DNA of 64,000 nt from Candidatus Latescibacterota bacterium (GTDB taxonomy: Bacteria > Latescibacterota > UBA2968 > UBA8231). Under the pieces are notes generated by a model that made no database searches, had not been told where the DNA came from, and worked only from the letters and a program-made list of their open reading frames with translations. Of the stretch, positions 39,157 to 49,517 are shown piece by piece (within the stretch, counting starts at the first letter, position 1; every line of letters begins with the position of its first letter). A program made the translations under genes and the position numbers. The stretch covers positions 5,504,001 through 5,568,000 of the forward strand of contig OZ242214.1 in the NCBI GenBank assembly GCA_965206595.1. The letters are read 5' to 3'.

Positions 39157-40161
39157 ATGGGCAAGGTTCTGGTGACCGGCGGGGCAGGTTTCATCGGCAC
39201 CCACCTGGTACGTCAGTTGAGCTCTGCGGGCGGCGATGTCCGCATTCTCGACAACTTCGACCCCCAGGTCCACGGGGAACGCAAACACCGCTACGGCACC
39301 GAGACAGCCGAGTACGTCACTGGCGACGTGCGCGATCCGGACAGGGTGGCGAAATGTCTCGACGGCGTCGACCGCGTCGTTCACCTGGCGGCCGCTGTCG
39401 GGGTCGGCCAGTCGATGTACGAGGTCAAGTACTACGTCGACGTCAACTGCAACGGGACCGCGGTCCTCTGGGAGGAGATCCTCAAGCTCCGCGACCGCAT
39501 CGAAAAAGTGGTGGTGGCCTCCTCCATGTCGATATACGGGGAGGGGGATCCCGGCTTCACCGGGGAGAACCACCCGCTTCGACCGACGTCCGTGTACGCC
39601 GTCACCAAGCGGGACCAGGAGGAGGTCTCCCTTTCCCTCGGCCGCGCCTACGGCATTCCGACCGTCGCCCTCAGGTTTTTCAACGTCTACGGCCCCGGGC
39701 AGTCCCTGAACAATCCCTACACCGGTGTGGCGGCGATCTTCGCCTCGCAGCTGTTGAACGGTCAGGCCCCCGTCATCTTCGGCGACGGCACGCAAACCCG
39801 CGATTTCGTCCACGTCCGCGACATCGTCCAGGGGATTACCCTTGCCCTCGACAGCTGCTGCCCCAGCGACTCCTACAACGTCGGAACCGGGGCCGCGACC
39901 TCGATCCTCGAACTTGCAGGACGCCTCGCCGGGGCGCTCGGTTTTACCGGTGAGATCGGACCGAGCGGCCGCGTCCGCGCCGGCGACGTCATCCACTGCG
40001 TCGCCGACATCGGCAAGATCCAGAAAGCCCTCGGCTTCGCGCCGCAGGTAACACTCGACTCGGGATCGCGGGATCTCATCGCCTGGGCAGGTGCACAGCA
40101 GGCGGAGGACCGCGTCGCCGGCGCCGTGGGCGAGCTCGAATCGCGTGGACTTCTCGAGTAG
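39157..40161 (+). CDS. NAD-dependent nucleotide-sugar epimerase/dehydratase
   Basis: TGGAGFIG, ASSMSIYG, YAVTK, LRFFNVYGP, RDFVHV. Confidence 0.92.
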   Translation: MGKVLVTGGAGFIGTHLVRQLSSAGGDVRILDNFDPQVHGERKHRYGTETAEYVTGDVRDPDRVAKCLDGVDRVVHLAAAVGVGQSMYEVKYYVDVNCNGTAVLWEEILKLRDRIEKVVVASSMSIYGEGDPGFTGENHPLRPTSVYAVTKRDQEEVSLSLGRAYGIPTVALRFFNVYGPGQSLNNPYTGVAAIFASQLLNGQAPVIFGDGTQTRDFVHVRDIVQGITLALDSCCPSDSYNVGTGAATSILELAGRLAGALGFTGEIGPSGRVRAGDVIHCVADIGKIQKALGFAPQVTLDSGSRDLIAWAGAQQAEDRVAGAVGELESRGLLE

Positions 40162-40164
40162 CGG

Positions 40165-40989
40165 ATGAGCCGGATGCCGGAAGTCTCCATCGTCATCGTC
40201 AACACCAATACAAGGGAGTACGTGCGGCAGTGTCTGACGTCGATCCGCGATAACGACGATGTCGACGCCGAGGTCATCGTGATCGAGAACGCCTCGGAGG
40301 ACGGCAGCGGAGAAATGTTGCGGCAGTTTCCCGAGGCCAAGGTGATCGTCAACGAGGAGAGGCTCGGGTTCAGCCGGAACAACAACCTCGGTGCCGAGAT
40401 CGGCACTGCGCCCCTTCTGCTGTTCCTCAACCCGGATACCGAGGCTCCCCCGGGCAGTCTGCGGGCGATGTTGGACCTCATCGCCTCCGAGCCGGAAGTC
40501 GCCGTGCTCGGCGGCCGCTGCCTCGACGCGGACGGCGAGACCGAGCGCTCCACCGGGCGGGACCCCACCTTGACAAGCCTTGCGCTCGACCGCCTTCTCA
40601 CCTCGGCGCCGCCGCTGCAGCCGCTGCTGCAGCGGTTCTCCCAGAGACACTACCGGGGCTACGAACGGGACCGCGACGTCGATTGGGTGACCGGGGCGTA
40701 CCTGTGGATCAGGACCGAGGTCTTCCACCGGATCGGGGGCTGGGACAGCTCCATTACCCTGTACTACGAAGACACCGACCTCTGCCGGCGGGCCCGCGAC
40801 GCCGGGTTCCGGGTGCGCTACACCAGCGCCTCGACGATCAACCACTACCACAACAAAACCCCGATGATGAGCGTCCACCGCAAGAAGTTGATGCGAAACG
40901 GATTGTATATCTTCATACACAAGCATTACGGGCCCTTCCGGCGCTGGCTGTACCCGCGCCTTCTCGGACTGCCGCCGGTCGCGGATTGA
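40165..40989 (+). CDS. Glycosyltransferase family 2 (rhamnosyltransferase-like)
   Basis: SIVIVN, ENASEDGS, GFSRNNN, LNPD, DWVTGA, YYEDTDLC. Confidence 0.9.
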   Translation: MSRMPEVSIVIVNTNTREYVRQCLTSIRDNDDVDAEVIVIENASEDGSGEMLRQFPEAKVIVNEERLGFSRNNNLGAEIGTAPLLLFLNPDTEAPPGSLRAMLDLIASEPEVAVLGGRCLDADGETERSTGRDPTLTSLALDRLLTSAPPLQPLLQRFSQRHYRGYERDRDVDWVTGAYLWIRTEVFHRIGGWDSSITLYYEDTDLCRRARDAGFRVRYTSASTINHYHNKTPMMSVHRKKLMRNGLYIFIHKHYGPFRRWLYPRLLGLPPVAD

Positions 40990-41106
40990 CCGCCGTGACC
41001 GCCACCCCACGCGGAACCGTAACCAACGGGTGTTCCGCTGCCATTATATATTGATTTAGGCGACAAAGGATACAGTTCTGGCTCCTCCATTGGTGAACCG
41101 CCGCCC

Positions 41107-42065
41107 ATGACAGCTCCTCCCAAAACCGACCCCCCCCGCTTCCCGCGGCCCCTTCCGTTGCCGCGGGGGCTGTCCTGCTCGCGGTCCTGCTTCTCTGGGG
41201 CGGGACTGTCGCCGGCTGCTCGAAACCGTCGCCGGAGCCGTACATCCATCTCCTGAAAAGCCAGCAGAGCAAGCAGCGGGAGAAGGCCGCGGCCAAGCTG
41301 CTGCTCTACGGCGACGAGATCGTGCCGAGGCTGATGGAGGAGGCGGATTCCGAGTTCATCCGGGTGCGCTTCGAAGTGGTCCGGCTCCTCGGCCGCCTCA
41401 GGAACCCCGAGGCCGCCCCGGCGCTGATCGCCGCCCTCGAGGACAAGTCCGCCATGGTGGCCGCGGTCGCCGCCTGGAGCCTCGGCGAGCTGCAGGCGGC
41501 GACCGCGGTCGAGCCGCTGCTGCGCTACGCCGGCGAGGCCTCGAAGGAGGTCCGCAAGGAGGTGGTGAGAGCCCTCGGCCGCTGCTACAGCGATTCCCTG
41601 GAGCCGGCGGTCAGGGACTCGGCCTACCGGGTGGTGTTCCACGCCCTCAAGGACCCGACCCCCAAGGTCAGGGTGAACGCCCTGCTGGGGATCCGCGAGT
41701 TCGGCTACCGCGGCTCCGCCGAGGAGATCATCCGCATGACCCGCGACCCCTCGGCCAAGGTGCGGCACGTGGCGGTTCAGGCGCTCGGCCAGCTGGCCTC
41801 GGGCAGGGCCCCGAGGTCCAGGCCGATATCGGCGCGAACCCGGGAGAACGTCGTCGAGGCGCTGGTCGTCTCGCTGGAGGAGCCGATGCAGACGATCAGA
41901 ACCAAGGCGATCCGCTCGCTCGAGATGATCGGCGCGCCGCGGGCGGCGCCGCACCTGCGGCCCCTGGCCGAGTCCGGCACCGCGGAAGACCGGCGCGAGG
42001 CCGGCAGGGTGTTGGAGAATCTGCAGGAGCTGCAGGCGCAGGCACGAAAATCCGGGGAGATATGA
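41107..42065 (+). CDS. HEAT-repeat lipoprotein, with a frameshift in a C8 run between the ATG and the signal peptide
   Basis: The HEAT frame extends upstream of 41322 through [16 protein letters not shown] (lipobox); ATG at 41107 joins it if the C8 run at 41130-41137 is C9. Confidence 0.75.
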
Positions 42066-42949
42066 GCACGCAGAGCAGACTCGAGCTGGGGTTGCCCTCC
42101 GGCAGCCTGCGCGACGCCACCGTCAACCTGCTGGGGCGGGCGGGCTACCGGCTGGGCCTGGCCTCGCGGTCGTACCAGCCTGAGATCGACGATCCCGAAA
42201 TCGGCGTGACCCTGTTCCGCGCCCAGGAGATCGCCCATTTCGTCGAGCGCGGCGTCGCCGACGCCGGCATCACCGGCAGGGACTGGGTCGAGGAGAACGA
42301 CGCCGACGTCGTCGAGGTCGGCGAGCTCCTCTACAGCAAGGCGACCTCGCGGCCCTACCGCTGGGTGATCGCCGTCCCGGAGGAATCTCCCATCCGCACC
42401 GTGAAGGACCTCGAGGGCAAGCGCATCGCCAGCGAGCTGGTCGGCGTCACCCGCCGCTTCCTCGCCGAACGGGGAGTCGAGGCCGAGGTGGAGTTCTCGT
42501 GGGGAGCGACGGAGGTGAAAGCCGGAATTCCGGGCGTAGCCGACGCCATCGTCGACGGCACCGAGACCGGCTCCTCCCTGCGCGCCAACCGGCTGCGCAT
42601 CGTCGAGACCATGCTCGAGTCGACCACCCGCCTGATCGCCAACAGGGATTCCTGGAGCGACCCCTGGAAGCGGCAGAAGATCCGGAACCTGTTCACCCTG
42701 ATGACGGGAGCCCTCGAGGCGGAGTCGAAGGTGGGCCTGAAGATGAACGTGCCGCGGGCGCAGCTCGACGCCGTGATGGAGCTGCTGCCGGCGCTGCACA
42801 CGCCGACGATCTCCAGCCAGGTCGACGGCGACTGGGTCGCGGTCGAGACCATTGCGGACGAGAAGATCGTCCGCGACCTGATCCCGCGGCTGAAACGGAG
42901 CGGCGCCGAGGGGATCATCGAGTATCCCCTGAACAAGGTGGTCTACTGA
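42062..42949 (+). CDS. hisG: ATP phosphoribosyltransferase, long form
   Basis: [44 protein letters not shown]-terminal regulatory domain. Confidence 0.95.
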   Translation: MSTQSRLELGLPSGSLRDATVNLLGRAGYRLGLASRSYQPEIDDPEIGVTLFRAQEIAHFVERGVADAGITGRDWVEENDADVVEVGELLYSKATSRPYRWVIAVPEESPIRTVKDLEGKRIASELVGVTRRFLAERGVEAEVEFSWGATEVKAGIPGVADAIVDGTETGSSLRANRLRIVETMLESTTRLIANRDSWSDPWKRQKIRNLFTLMTGALEAESKVGLKMNVPRAQLDAVMELLPALHTPTISSQVDGDWVAVETIADEKIVRDLIPRLKRSGAEGIIEYPLNKVVY

Positions 42950-44268
42950 TGCTCGACATCCAGCGCTGCTCCGACGCCGGCGCCCCCGCCACCGGCAAGC
43001 TGGCCGCGATCCTGAACCGCAAGGCCGGGTTCCCCGCGGAGATCGTCGAGGCCGTCGCCGAAATCCTGCGCCGCGTCGAGGCCGAGGGGGACGCCGCGGT
43101 CGCAGAGTACACCGGGAAGTTCGACGGCGTCGCCCTGGCCCCCGGCGGATTCCGCGTTCCGCGCAAGGCGCTCGACGACGCACGAGCGGCCATGGATCCG
43201 GAGCTCGAGGAAGCGGTCGCCGGCGCGGCCGCGAACATCCGGTCGTTTCACCGCCGCCAGCTGCGCGACTCCTGGTTCCTCGAGGACGGGGACGGCGTCG
43301 TCCTGGGGAAGCGGGTCCTGCCGTTGCGCCGCGTCGGCCTCTGCGTCCCCGGAGGGCAGACCCCGCTGCTGTCGACGCTGCTGATGACCGCGGTGCCGGC
43401 GCAGGTTGCCGGCGTCGAGGAGATCTGCGTCGTCACTCCGCCGCGCTCCGGAGGCCTGCCGCACCCGGTGATTCTCGCCACCGCGGCCAGGATGGGAATC
43501 GACGAAGTCTACGCCATCGGCGGCGCCCAGGCGGTCGCCGCCCTCGCCTTCGGCACCGGAACCATCAGGCCGGTCGACAAGATCGCCGGCCCCGGCGGCC
43601 CCTACACCGTCGCCGCCAAGCAGCAGGTCTTCGGCCGCGTCGGCATCGACACCGTCGCCGGCCCCTCCGAAATCGTCGTGCTCGCCGACGAGAGCGCCAA
43701 CCCCCGGTACGTCGCCGCCGACCTGCTGTCGCAGGCCGAGCACGGCAGCGGCTTCGAGGCCGCGGTCTGCATCACCCCGTCCGCAGCGCTCGCCGCCCAG
43801 GTGCAGGCCGAGGCGGAAAAACAGCTCGCCACCCTGCCGCGGCGCCGGGAGATCGCCGCCGCCCTGAAAGCCTTCGGCCTCGTCGTCACCGTGCCCGACC
43901 TCGCCGTAGGAGCCCGCCTCGTCGACCGCATCGCCCCGGAGCACGTCGAGCTGCTGGTCGCCGACCCGTGGCGCTGGCTCGGCGAGATCCGCAACGCCGG
44001 CGCGGTCTTTCTCGGCGCGGCCTCCAGCGAGCCGGTCGGCGACTATTTCGCCGGCACCAACCACGTGCTGCCCACGAACGGGGCCGCCCGCTTCTCCTCC
44101 GCCCTCGGCGTCGACGACTTCACAAGGACCACCAGCGTTCTCGGCTACAGCGAGCAGCGCCTCCGGCAGACCGGGCGGAAGATCATGCGCATGGCCAGGG
44201 CCGAAGAGCTCGAGGCTCACGCGCGGGCCATCGAGGTGCGCCTCGAAGAATACGGGAGGGACAGCTGA
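42949..44268 (+). CDS. hisD: Histidinol dehydrogenase
   Basis: VPGG, GGAQAVAALAFGT, DKIAGPG, AGPSE, SQAEH, APEH, GDYFAGTNHVLPT. Confidence 0.95.
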   Translation: MLDIQRCSDAGAPATGKLAAILNRKAGFPAEIVEAVAEILRRVEAEGDAAVAEYTGKFDGVALAPGGFRVPRKALDDARAAMDPELEEAVAGAAANIRSFHRRQLRDSWFLEDGDGVVLGKRVLPLRRVGLCVPGGQTPLLSTLLMTAVPAQVAGVEEICVVTPPRSGGLPHPVILATAARMGIDEVYAIGGAQAVAALAFGTGTIRPVDKIAGPGGPYTVAAKQQVFGRVGIDTVAGPSEIVVLADESANPRYVAADLLSQAEHGSGFEAAVCITPSAALAAQVQAEAEKQLATLPRRREIAAALKAFGLVVTVPDLAVGARLVDRIAPEHVELLVADPWRWLGEIRNAGAVFLGAASSEPVGDYFAGTNHVLPTNGAARFSSALGVDDFTRTTSVLGYSEQRLRQTGRKIMRMARAEELEAHARAIEVRLEEYGRDS

Positions 44269-44867
44269 TGACGGCAGCGCAAGCCCGGACCGCCCGCGTC
44301 CGGCGCCAGACTTCCGAGACCGACATCGACCTCGAGCTCGGCCTCGACGGCAGCGGCCGCTGCGCCGTCGACACCGGCATCGGCTTCTTCGACCACATGC
44401 TCGACGCCTGCGCCCGGCACGGGCTGTTCGACCTGGAGCTGCGCTGCCGCGGCGACCTGGAGGTCGACCCGCACCACTCGGTCGAGGATGTCGGCATCTG
44501 CCTCGGGCAGGCCCTCGACCAGGCCCTCGGGGACCGCGCCGGGATCCAGCGTTTCGCCCACAGCTACGTGCCCATGGACGAAGCCCTGGCCCGGGTCGTC
44601 ATCGACCTTTCGGGCCGTTCCTACCTCTGCGCCGCCCCGGATTTCCGCGACCCGGAGGTGGGGGGCTTTCCCGTCTCCCTGGTCACCGAGTTCTTTCGCG
44701 CCCTCTCCGACCACGGCAGGTTCAACCTCCACGTCGACCTGCTGCGCTCGGGCAACGACCACCACGGCATCGAGGCGATATTCAAGGCCTTCGCCCAGGC
44801 CCTCGACCGGGCGACTCGGCTGACAGGCCGCAGCGACTCCATCCCCTCGACCAAGGGACGGCTGTAG
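44268..44867 (+). CDS. hisB: Imidazoleglycerol-phosphate dehydratase
   Basis: TGIGFFDHML, DPHHSVED, PMDEAL, NDHHGIEAIFK, PSTKG. Confidence 0.95.
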   Translation: MTAAQARTARVRRQTSETDIDLELGLDGSGRCAVDTGIGFFDHMLDACARHGLFDLELRCRGDLEVDPHHSVEDVGICLGQALDQALGDRAGIQRFAHSYVPMDEALARVVIDLSGRSYLCAAPDFRDPEVGGFPVSLVTEFFRALSDHGRFNLHVDLLRSGNDHHGIEAIFKAFAQALDRATRLTGRSDSIPSTKGRL

Positions 44868-44945
44868 CATCCTGTCCGCTCGGCTCGGCCCCGGGAACAG
44901 CGGCCCCCGGGGAATCCCGGCGCCGCGCCCGGCCCGTGAAACAGC

Positions 44946-46061
44946 ATGAAGATCTGCCACCTCATCTACGACGACGTCGACAACCCCTGGCTCGGCGGCG
45001 GCGGCGCTTACCGTGCCCGCCAGATCTACCGGCGCCTCGCCGGGCGCCACGAGATCACCCTGGTCACCGGCACCTTTCCCGGCGCCGAACCCGTGCAGCT
45101 GATCGACGGCCTGCGCCTGCTGCGGGTCGGCTCCCCGCGCAGCTACGCGATCAGCCGCCTCACCTACGCCAGCCGCGCCGTCGCTGCCCTCCGGCGCCTG
45201 CAGTGGGACATCTGGGTCAACGAGTTCTCCGCGTACGCGCCGCTGCGGGTGCCGGCGCAGGTGCGCCGCCGCGGGCTCCTGTTCTTCCACCATTTCATGG
45301 GCCGCCACGCCGTCCTCAAGCATCCCCTGGCCGGGTGGGCTGCCCTCCTGGCCGAGCGCCGCGTCCTCCACGCCTACCCCCACATCCTGACCGGCGCCCC
45401 GAGCGTGCAGGAGCGCATCCGCAGCCGCGTCAGCGCAACCCTGCCGGTCGACTGCGTCTACAACGGCGTCGACGACGGCTATTTCGGAAGCGCCGCCACC
45501 GAGGAGCCCTACCTCCTCTACCTCGGGCGCATCGACGTGCACACCAAGGGGATCGACACCCTGCTGGAGGCGTTCGCGCGCATCGCCCCGGAGCGCCCCG
45601 GCCTGGCGCTGAAGATCGCCGGGGGAGGTGAGAAGGGTCAGGTGCGGCGGCTCGAGAAGCTGGTGGAGCAGGCGCGGCTCGGCGCCAGGGTGGAGCTGCT
45701 CGGAAGGGTGTCGGAAACCGGGAAACGCGAGCTGCTGGCGTCGGCCCTGTTTTTCTGCATGCCCTCCCGCTACGAGGGCTGGGGCATGGCCGCGGTCGAG
45801 GCCGGGGCCAGCGGCAAGGCCGTGGTCGCCACCGCCATCGACGGCCTGCGCGACGCCGTCCTCGACAACGTCACCGGCCTGCTGGTGCCGAGCGGGGACG
45901 GCAAAGCCCTGGCCGCGGCCATGCGCCGGCTCCTCGACGAACCCGGGCTGCGGAAGTCGCTCGGCGAGCAGGGGCGGGAGCACTCCCGCCGCTTCGGCTG
46001 GGACCAGCTCGCCCGCCGCCAGGAAGAGGTGATGATCGCCGCCGCGGAGCGTCTCCCATGA
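44946..46061 (+). CDS. Glycosyltransferase family 4
   Basis: NPWLGGGG, YNGVD, LGRIDVHTKG, PSRYEGWG...EAGASG. Confidence 0.9.
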   Translation: MKICHLIYDDVDNPWLGGGGAYRARQIYRRLAGRHEITLVTGTFPGAEPVQLIDGLRLLRVGSPRSYAISRLTYASRAVAALRRLQWDIWVNEFSAYAPLRVPAQVRRRGLLFFHHFMGRHAVLKHPLAGWAALLAERRVLHAYPHILTGAPSVQERIRSRVSATLPVDCVYNGVDDGYFGSAATEEPYLLYLGRIDVHTKGIDTLLEAFARIAPERPGLALKIAGGGEKGQVRRLEKLVEQARLGARVELLGRVSETGKRELLASALFFCMPSRYEGWGMAAVEAGASGKAVVATAIDGLRDAVLDNVTGLLVPSGDGKALAAAMRRLLDEPGLRKSLGEQGREHSRRFGWDQLARRQEEVMIAAAERLP

Positions 46062-48580
46062 GCAGGAAGAAACGCCGCACCACCGGAGCGCCGGAAGCGC
46101 GGCCGGCCCCCGTCCAGGCCCCGAAAGCAGACAGGTTCCGCTTCCGCCTCGCCTCCCCCTGGACGGTTCCGGCCATCCTCGCGCTCCTGACCCTCCTCTA
46201 TTTCTACGACTTCCCCCTCAGCGGCCAGGTCGTCTACGGAAGCGACACCGGCACCGATTTCCACCGCGGCAAGGAGCCCTTCGCCGAGAAGCTCGCGAAC
46301 TACGGCCCCGGGGCCTGGAAGCCCACCCTCGGGGGATACCCGGCTTCCGAGGAGATCCGCCCCGACTTCTTCCCGGCCAGCCTGCTGAAGCTGTTCACCA
46401 CCCATCAGCGCCACCTCGGCTGGCGCTACCTGCTCACCGTCTTCCTCGCCGGCTGGGGGATGTACCGCTTCCTGCGCGCCCTCTCCCTGGCCCGCTGGCC
46501 CTGCCTGTGGGGCGGCGTCGCCTTCATGTTCGCGCCGACCTTCCTGTCCTTCACCTTCGCCGGCCACTACGCCAAGATGGCCGTCATCGCCCTGCTGCCC
46601 TGGATGTACCTCTGCCTTCACCGCGGCATGCAGGAGGGGAAGCTCTCGCGCTTCCTCTGGCTGGCCCTGCTGATCGGCCTCGGCGCCTACACCCCGCACG
46701 TGCAGATGCTCCAGTACGCCCTCGTCGCCGTCGGCCTCTACTTCCTGTTCCAGCTCTACCTCCTCTACCGGGAGCGCCGTGAAAAGCGGGTGCTGCTGGC
46801 CAGGACCGGGCTCTTCACCCTCGCCGTCGCCCTCGGAATCGGCATCGGTTCGGAAGGGCTGTTTCCCCCTTACCTGCACGCCACCCGCGAGTCGAAGCGC
46901 TCCGAGGCCGCCACCGCCGCAAGGACCGGGGACGAGCTGGCCCTGGCGCGCAGCTGGTCCCTGCACCCGGAGGAAGTAGGGTCGCTGCTGGTCCCGGAGT
47001 TCGCCGGCTTCTACAACCCCCAGAGCAACCGCGACCACTACTGGGGCCGCAATCCCGGCAAGTACAACTCCGAGTACTTCGGCATCGTCGTGCTGCTGCT
47101 GGCGCTCCCCGCCCTGTGGTCGTGGCGGCGCAACCCCACCGTGGCCTTCATGGGCTTGCTGTTCGCCCTCGCCCTCGCCTTCACCCTCGGCGGGCACACC
47201 CCCGTGCACTGGCTCGCCGCCCACCTGCTGCCCGGGGGCAAGGTGCTGCGCTCCGTCGGCATGGCCGCCTTCCTGTTCGCCTTTCCCGCCATCGTGCTCG
47301 CCGCCACCGGCCTGCATCAGGCCGTCACCGCCGGGGAACCGGACAGACAGCTCATCCGCAAGCGCCTGCTGATCGCCGCCGCCGCTCTCGCCGCAATCGC
47401 CGCCCTCGCCGCTGCCGTCCCGCACACCGTCCTGGAAATCTGGACCGCCCTCCTCTACGACGGGATCTCCGCGGCCAAACGCCGGATCATGCTCTCCGGG
47501 GCCCCCGGGCTTGCCCGCGGCGGACTCCTCGCCACCCTGCTCTGCGCCGGGGCCGCCGCCCTCGTCTGGGCCCTGCTGCGCCGGAAGCTCTCGGCCGCGA
47601 CCGCCTGCGCCGGGCTGATCGCCCTGACCCTGGCCGATACCTGGCGCATCGACCGCCTCTTCCTGGTATACGAGGATCCCGCCCGCTGGCCGGACATTCG
47701 CCGCGACAACCGCCGCACCCTGAAGTTCCTCGAGGCCTCCGGCGAGCGCTTCCGCGTCTTCCCGATCCCCTCCTGGCAGCTGCTGCGCTCTCCGGGCCAT
47801 CACCTCTACGGCGCCGACCCGGTCACCGGCTTCAGCGACTTCACCATCCGCCGCTACGACCGCCTCGCGCGCGAGTTCGACCCGGCCCTGTCCCTGTTCC
47901 AGGCCCGCTTCGGCGGCCGCGAGATTCCCTACGGCGACGACGACCTGCTGCTCTCCATGCGCCCCCTGCTCAACCTCGTCAACGCCCGCTACCTCGTGAC
48001 CCCGAAGTCCCTGCCGCTGCAAACGACCCTGTTCCCGGAAGTGTTCTCGGAGGAGAGGCTCCGTCTCTACGAGAACAGCGAGGCCCTGCCCTGGTACTAC
48101 CTCGCTCCCTCGTACAAGCTGGAAACCGAAGAAGACGAGATCCTGGCGCTGCTGCGGGAAGGCCGCGCCGACCCCCGGCTCACCCCGGTGCTGGAGCGGC
48201 AGCCCCCCGGCCCGCTGCCAACCACCGCGGCCGCCAGCGATCTCACCGGCGACCGCCTCGATCTCGAGGAGCGCGCCGACGACGGCAGCCGCATCAGCCT
48301 CGCCACCGGCTCGAAGGAGCCGCGGCTGCTGGTCGTCTCGGAGAACTACTACCCCAACTGGCGCGCCTTCATCGACGGGGAAGAAGCCCCGGTCCTGCGC
48401 GCCAACTACGTCTGGAAGGCCGTTTACCTGCCGCCGGGGGATCACCGCGTCGAGTTCCGCTACCGCTCGCCGACCGTGCTGATGACGCGAGCGGTCACCC
48501 TGCTTTCGCTCGGAGCGGTGCTGATTCTCGGAATCGTCGAGAGCCGCCGGAGATCGGTGCCGGCAGCCGGGAAACCATAG
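46058..48580 (+). CDS. YfhO-family multi-TM membrane protein (putative GT-C glycosyltransferase)
   Basis: Many TM helices; LNLVNARY; LVVSENYYPNWRAFIDG...RANY...LPPGDHRVEFRY C-terminal signature. Confidence 0.85.
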   Translation: MSRKKRRTTGAPEARPAPVQAPKADRFRFRLASPWTVPAILALLTLLYFYDFPLSGQVVYGSDTGTDFHRGKEPFAEKLANYGPGAWKPTLGGYPASEEIRPDFFPASLLKLFTTHQRHLGWRYLLTVFLAGWGMYRFLRALSLARWPCLWGGVAFMFAPTFLSFTFAGHYAKMAVIALLPWMYLCLHRGMQEGKLSRFLWLALLIGLGAYTPHVQMLQYALVAVGLYFLFQLYLLYRERREKRVLLARTGLFTLAVALGIGIGSEGLFPPYLHATRESKRSEAATAARTGDELALARSWSLHPEEVGSLLVPEFAGFYNPQSNRDHYWGRNPGKYNSEYFGIVVLLLALPALWSWRRNPTVAFMGLLFALALAFTLGGHTPVHWLAAHLLPGGKVLRSVGMAAFLFAFPAIVLAATGLHQAVTAGEPDRQLIRKRLLIAAAALAAIAALAAAVPHTVLEIWTALLYDGISAAKRRIMLSGAPGLARGGLLATLLCAGAAALVWALLRRKLSAATACAGLIALTLADTWRIDRLFLVYEDPARWPDIRRDNRRTLKFLEASGERFRVFPIPSWQLLRSPGHHLYGADPVTGFSDFTIRRYDRLAREFDPALSLFQARFGGREIPYGDDDLLLSMRPLLNLVNARYLVTPKSLPLQTTLFPEVFSEERLRLYENSEALPWYYLAPSYKLETEEDEILALLREGRADPRLTPVLERQPPGPLPTTAAASDLTGDRLDLEERADDGSRISLATGSKEPRLLVVSENYYPNWRAFIDGEEAPVLRANYVWKAVYLPPGDHRVEFRYRSPTVLMTRAVTLLSLGAVLILGIVESRRRSVPAAGKP

Positions 48581-48723
48581 AGGAGAGGGGGTTCCCCGGA
48601 AGCGAACTCGGCCTGCCCGGGGTTTCTGCGGAAAGCGGGATTTTAAGGCGTAGTCAGGTCTGAATTGATTTCAAATATCGCCGCCAAGCGGTATATTACC
48701 GGCATTTCGAAGAAGACTTTCCC

Positions 48724-49053
48724 ATGACTCCTACTCCTGAAACAATCGCCATCATCGCCACCGGCGTGACCTTGGCGGCGCTGATCTTGCAGCAGATGCG
48801 CAGCCTTGGCGCCCGGTTCGACCGGCTGGAAGCCCGTATCGCTCGTCTTGAAGCGGGCCAACAGGCGCTGGTCGAGCGCGTGACTCGTCTGGAAGCGGGC
48901 CAGCAGGCCCTGGAGCGTGAAGTGACAGCGCTGAGGGTCGAGGTAAAGTCGTTGGCGCGCGACTTGGCGGCGCTGAGCGAGCGCACCGCGCGCATCGAAG
49001 GCGCCGTCATCGGCCCCTGGCGGCCGGAGGAAGCCGGCACCGGCAAGAGCTGA
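48724..49053 (+). CDS. Small protein with N-terminal TM anchor and heptad coiled coil
   Basis: Hydrophobic N-terminus; repeated RLEAGQQAL units; ERTARIEG. Confidence 0.75.
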   Translation: MTPTPETIAIIATGVTLAALILQQMRSLGARFDRLEARIARLEAGQQALVERVTRLEAGQQALEREVTALRVEVKSLARDLAALSERTARIEGAVIGPWRPEEAGTGKS

Positions 49054-49109
49054 TGCTCCAAGCCTGTGCCGCCCATGCCCCTAACCCCGGTTTTACGGGG
49101 AAAATCTCC

Positions 49110-49139
49110 TTGACATTCCTGCGTTTCCGCCGTTATGCT
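49110..49139 (+). promoter_or_regulatory. Sigma70-like promoter P1 of the giant surface-protein gene
   Basis: TTGACA-18 nt-TATGCT. Confidence 0.55.
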
Positions 49140-49270
49140 TGTCTTACCGGTCGTCGACCACATCCCCTTTGATGAAGTCGCGGCAGGGCTCCCCTTTTGC
49201 CCTTGGTTCCGCTGCAAGCTGCCGCTTTTTCGACGAGTTGCGGCAGCAGCGAGGTTACCCAAAATCAGCC

Positions 49271-49299
49271 TTGACATTCCCACAGCGCAGTCATATTAT
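49271..49299 (+). promoter_or_regulatory. Sigma70-like promoter P2 of the giant surface-protein gene
   Basis: TTGACA-17 nt-TATTAT, near consensus. Confidence 0.7.
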
Positions 49300-49517
49300 T
49301 GGACGCCACCCAAGTTCCGGGAAGGACCAGGGGTGGATATTAAATTCTCGTCTCAACTACCTCGATCAATGCGAAATCCGCAGCAAAACCCAAAATTCAA
49401 CCGCTGCATAATCCCCCCGGAGTTTTTATGTTAACTCACTCTCCCGAACTCTCGAAAAATCCCTTGTTTTTCGCGTATTCTTCACAACGGGGAAAAGCAT
49501 CCCTGAGGAGGAAAGAC

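Noticed and set aside
45770-48445. 891-aa antisense ORF and similar long Arg/Gly/Pro-rich ORFs across the window
   Set aside because: Shadow frames of well-supported genes in high-GC DNA.
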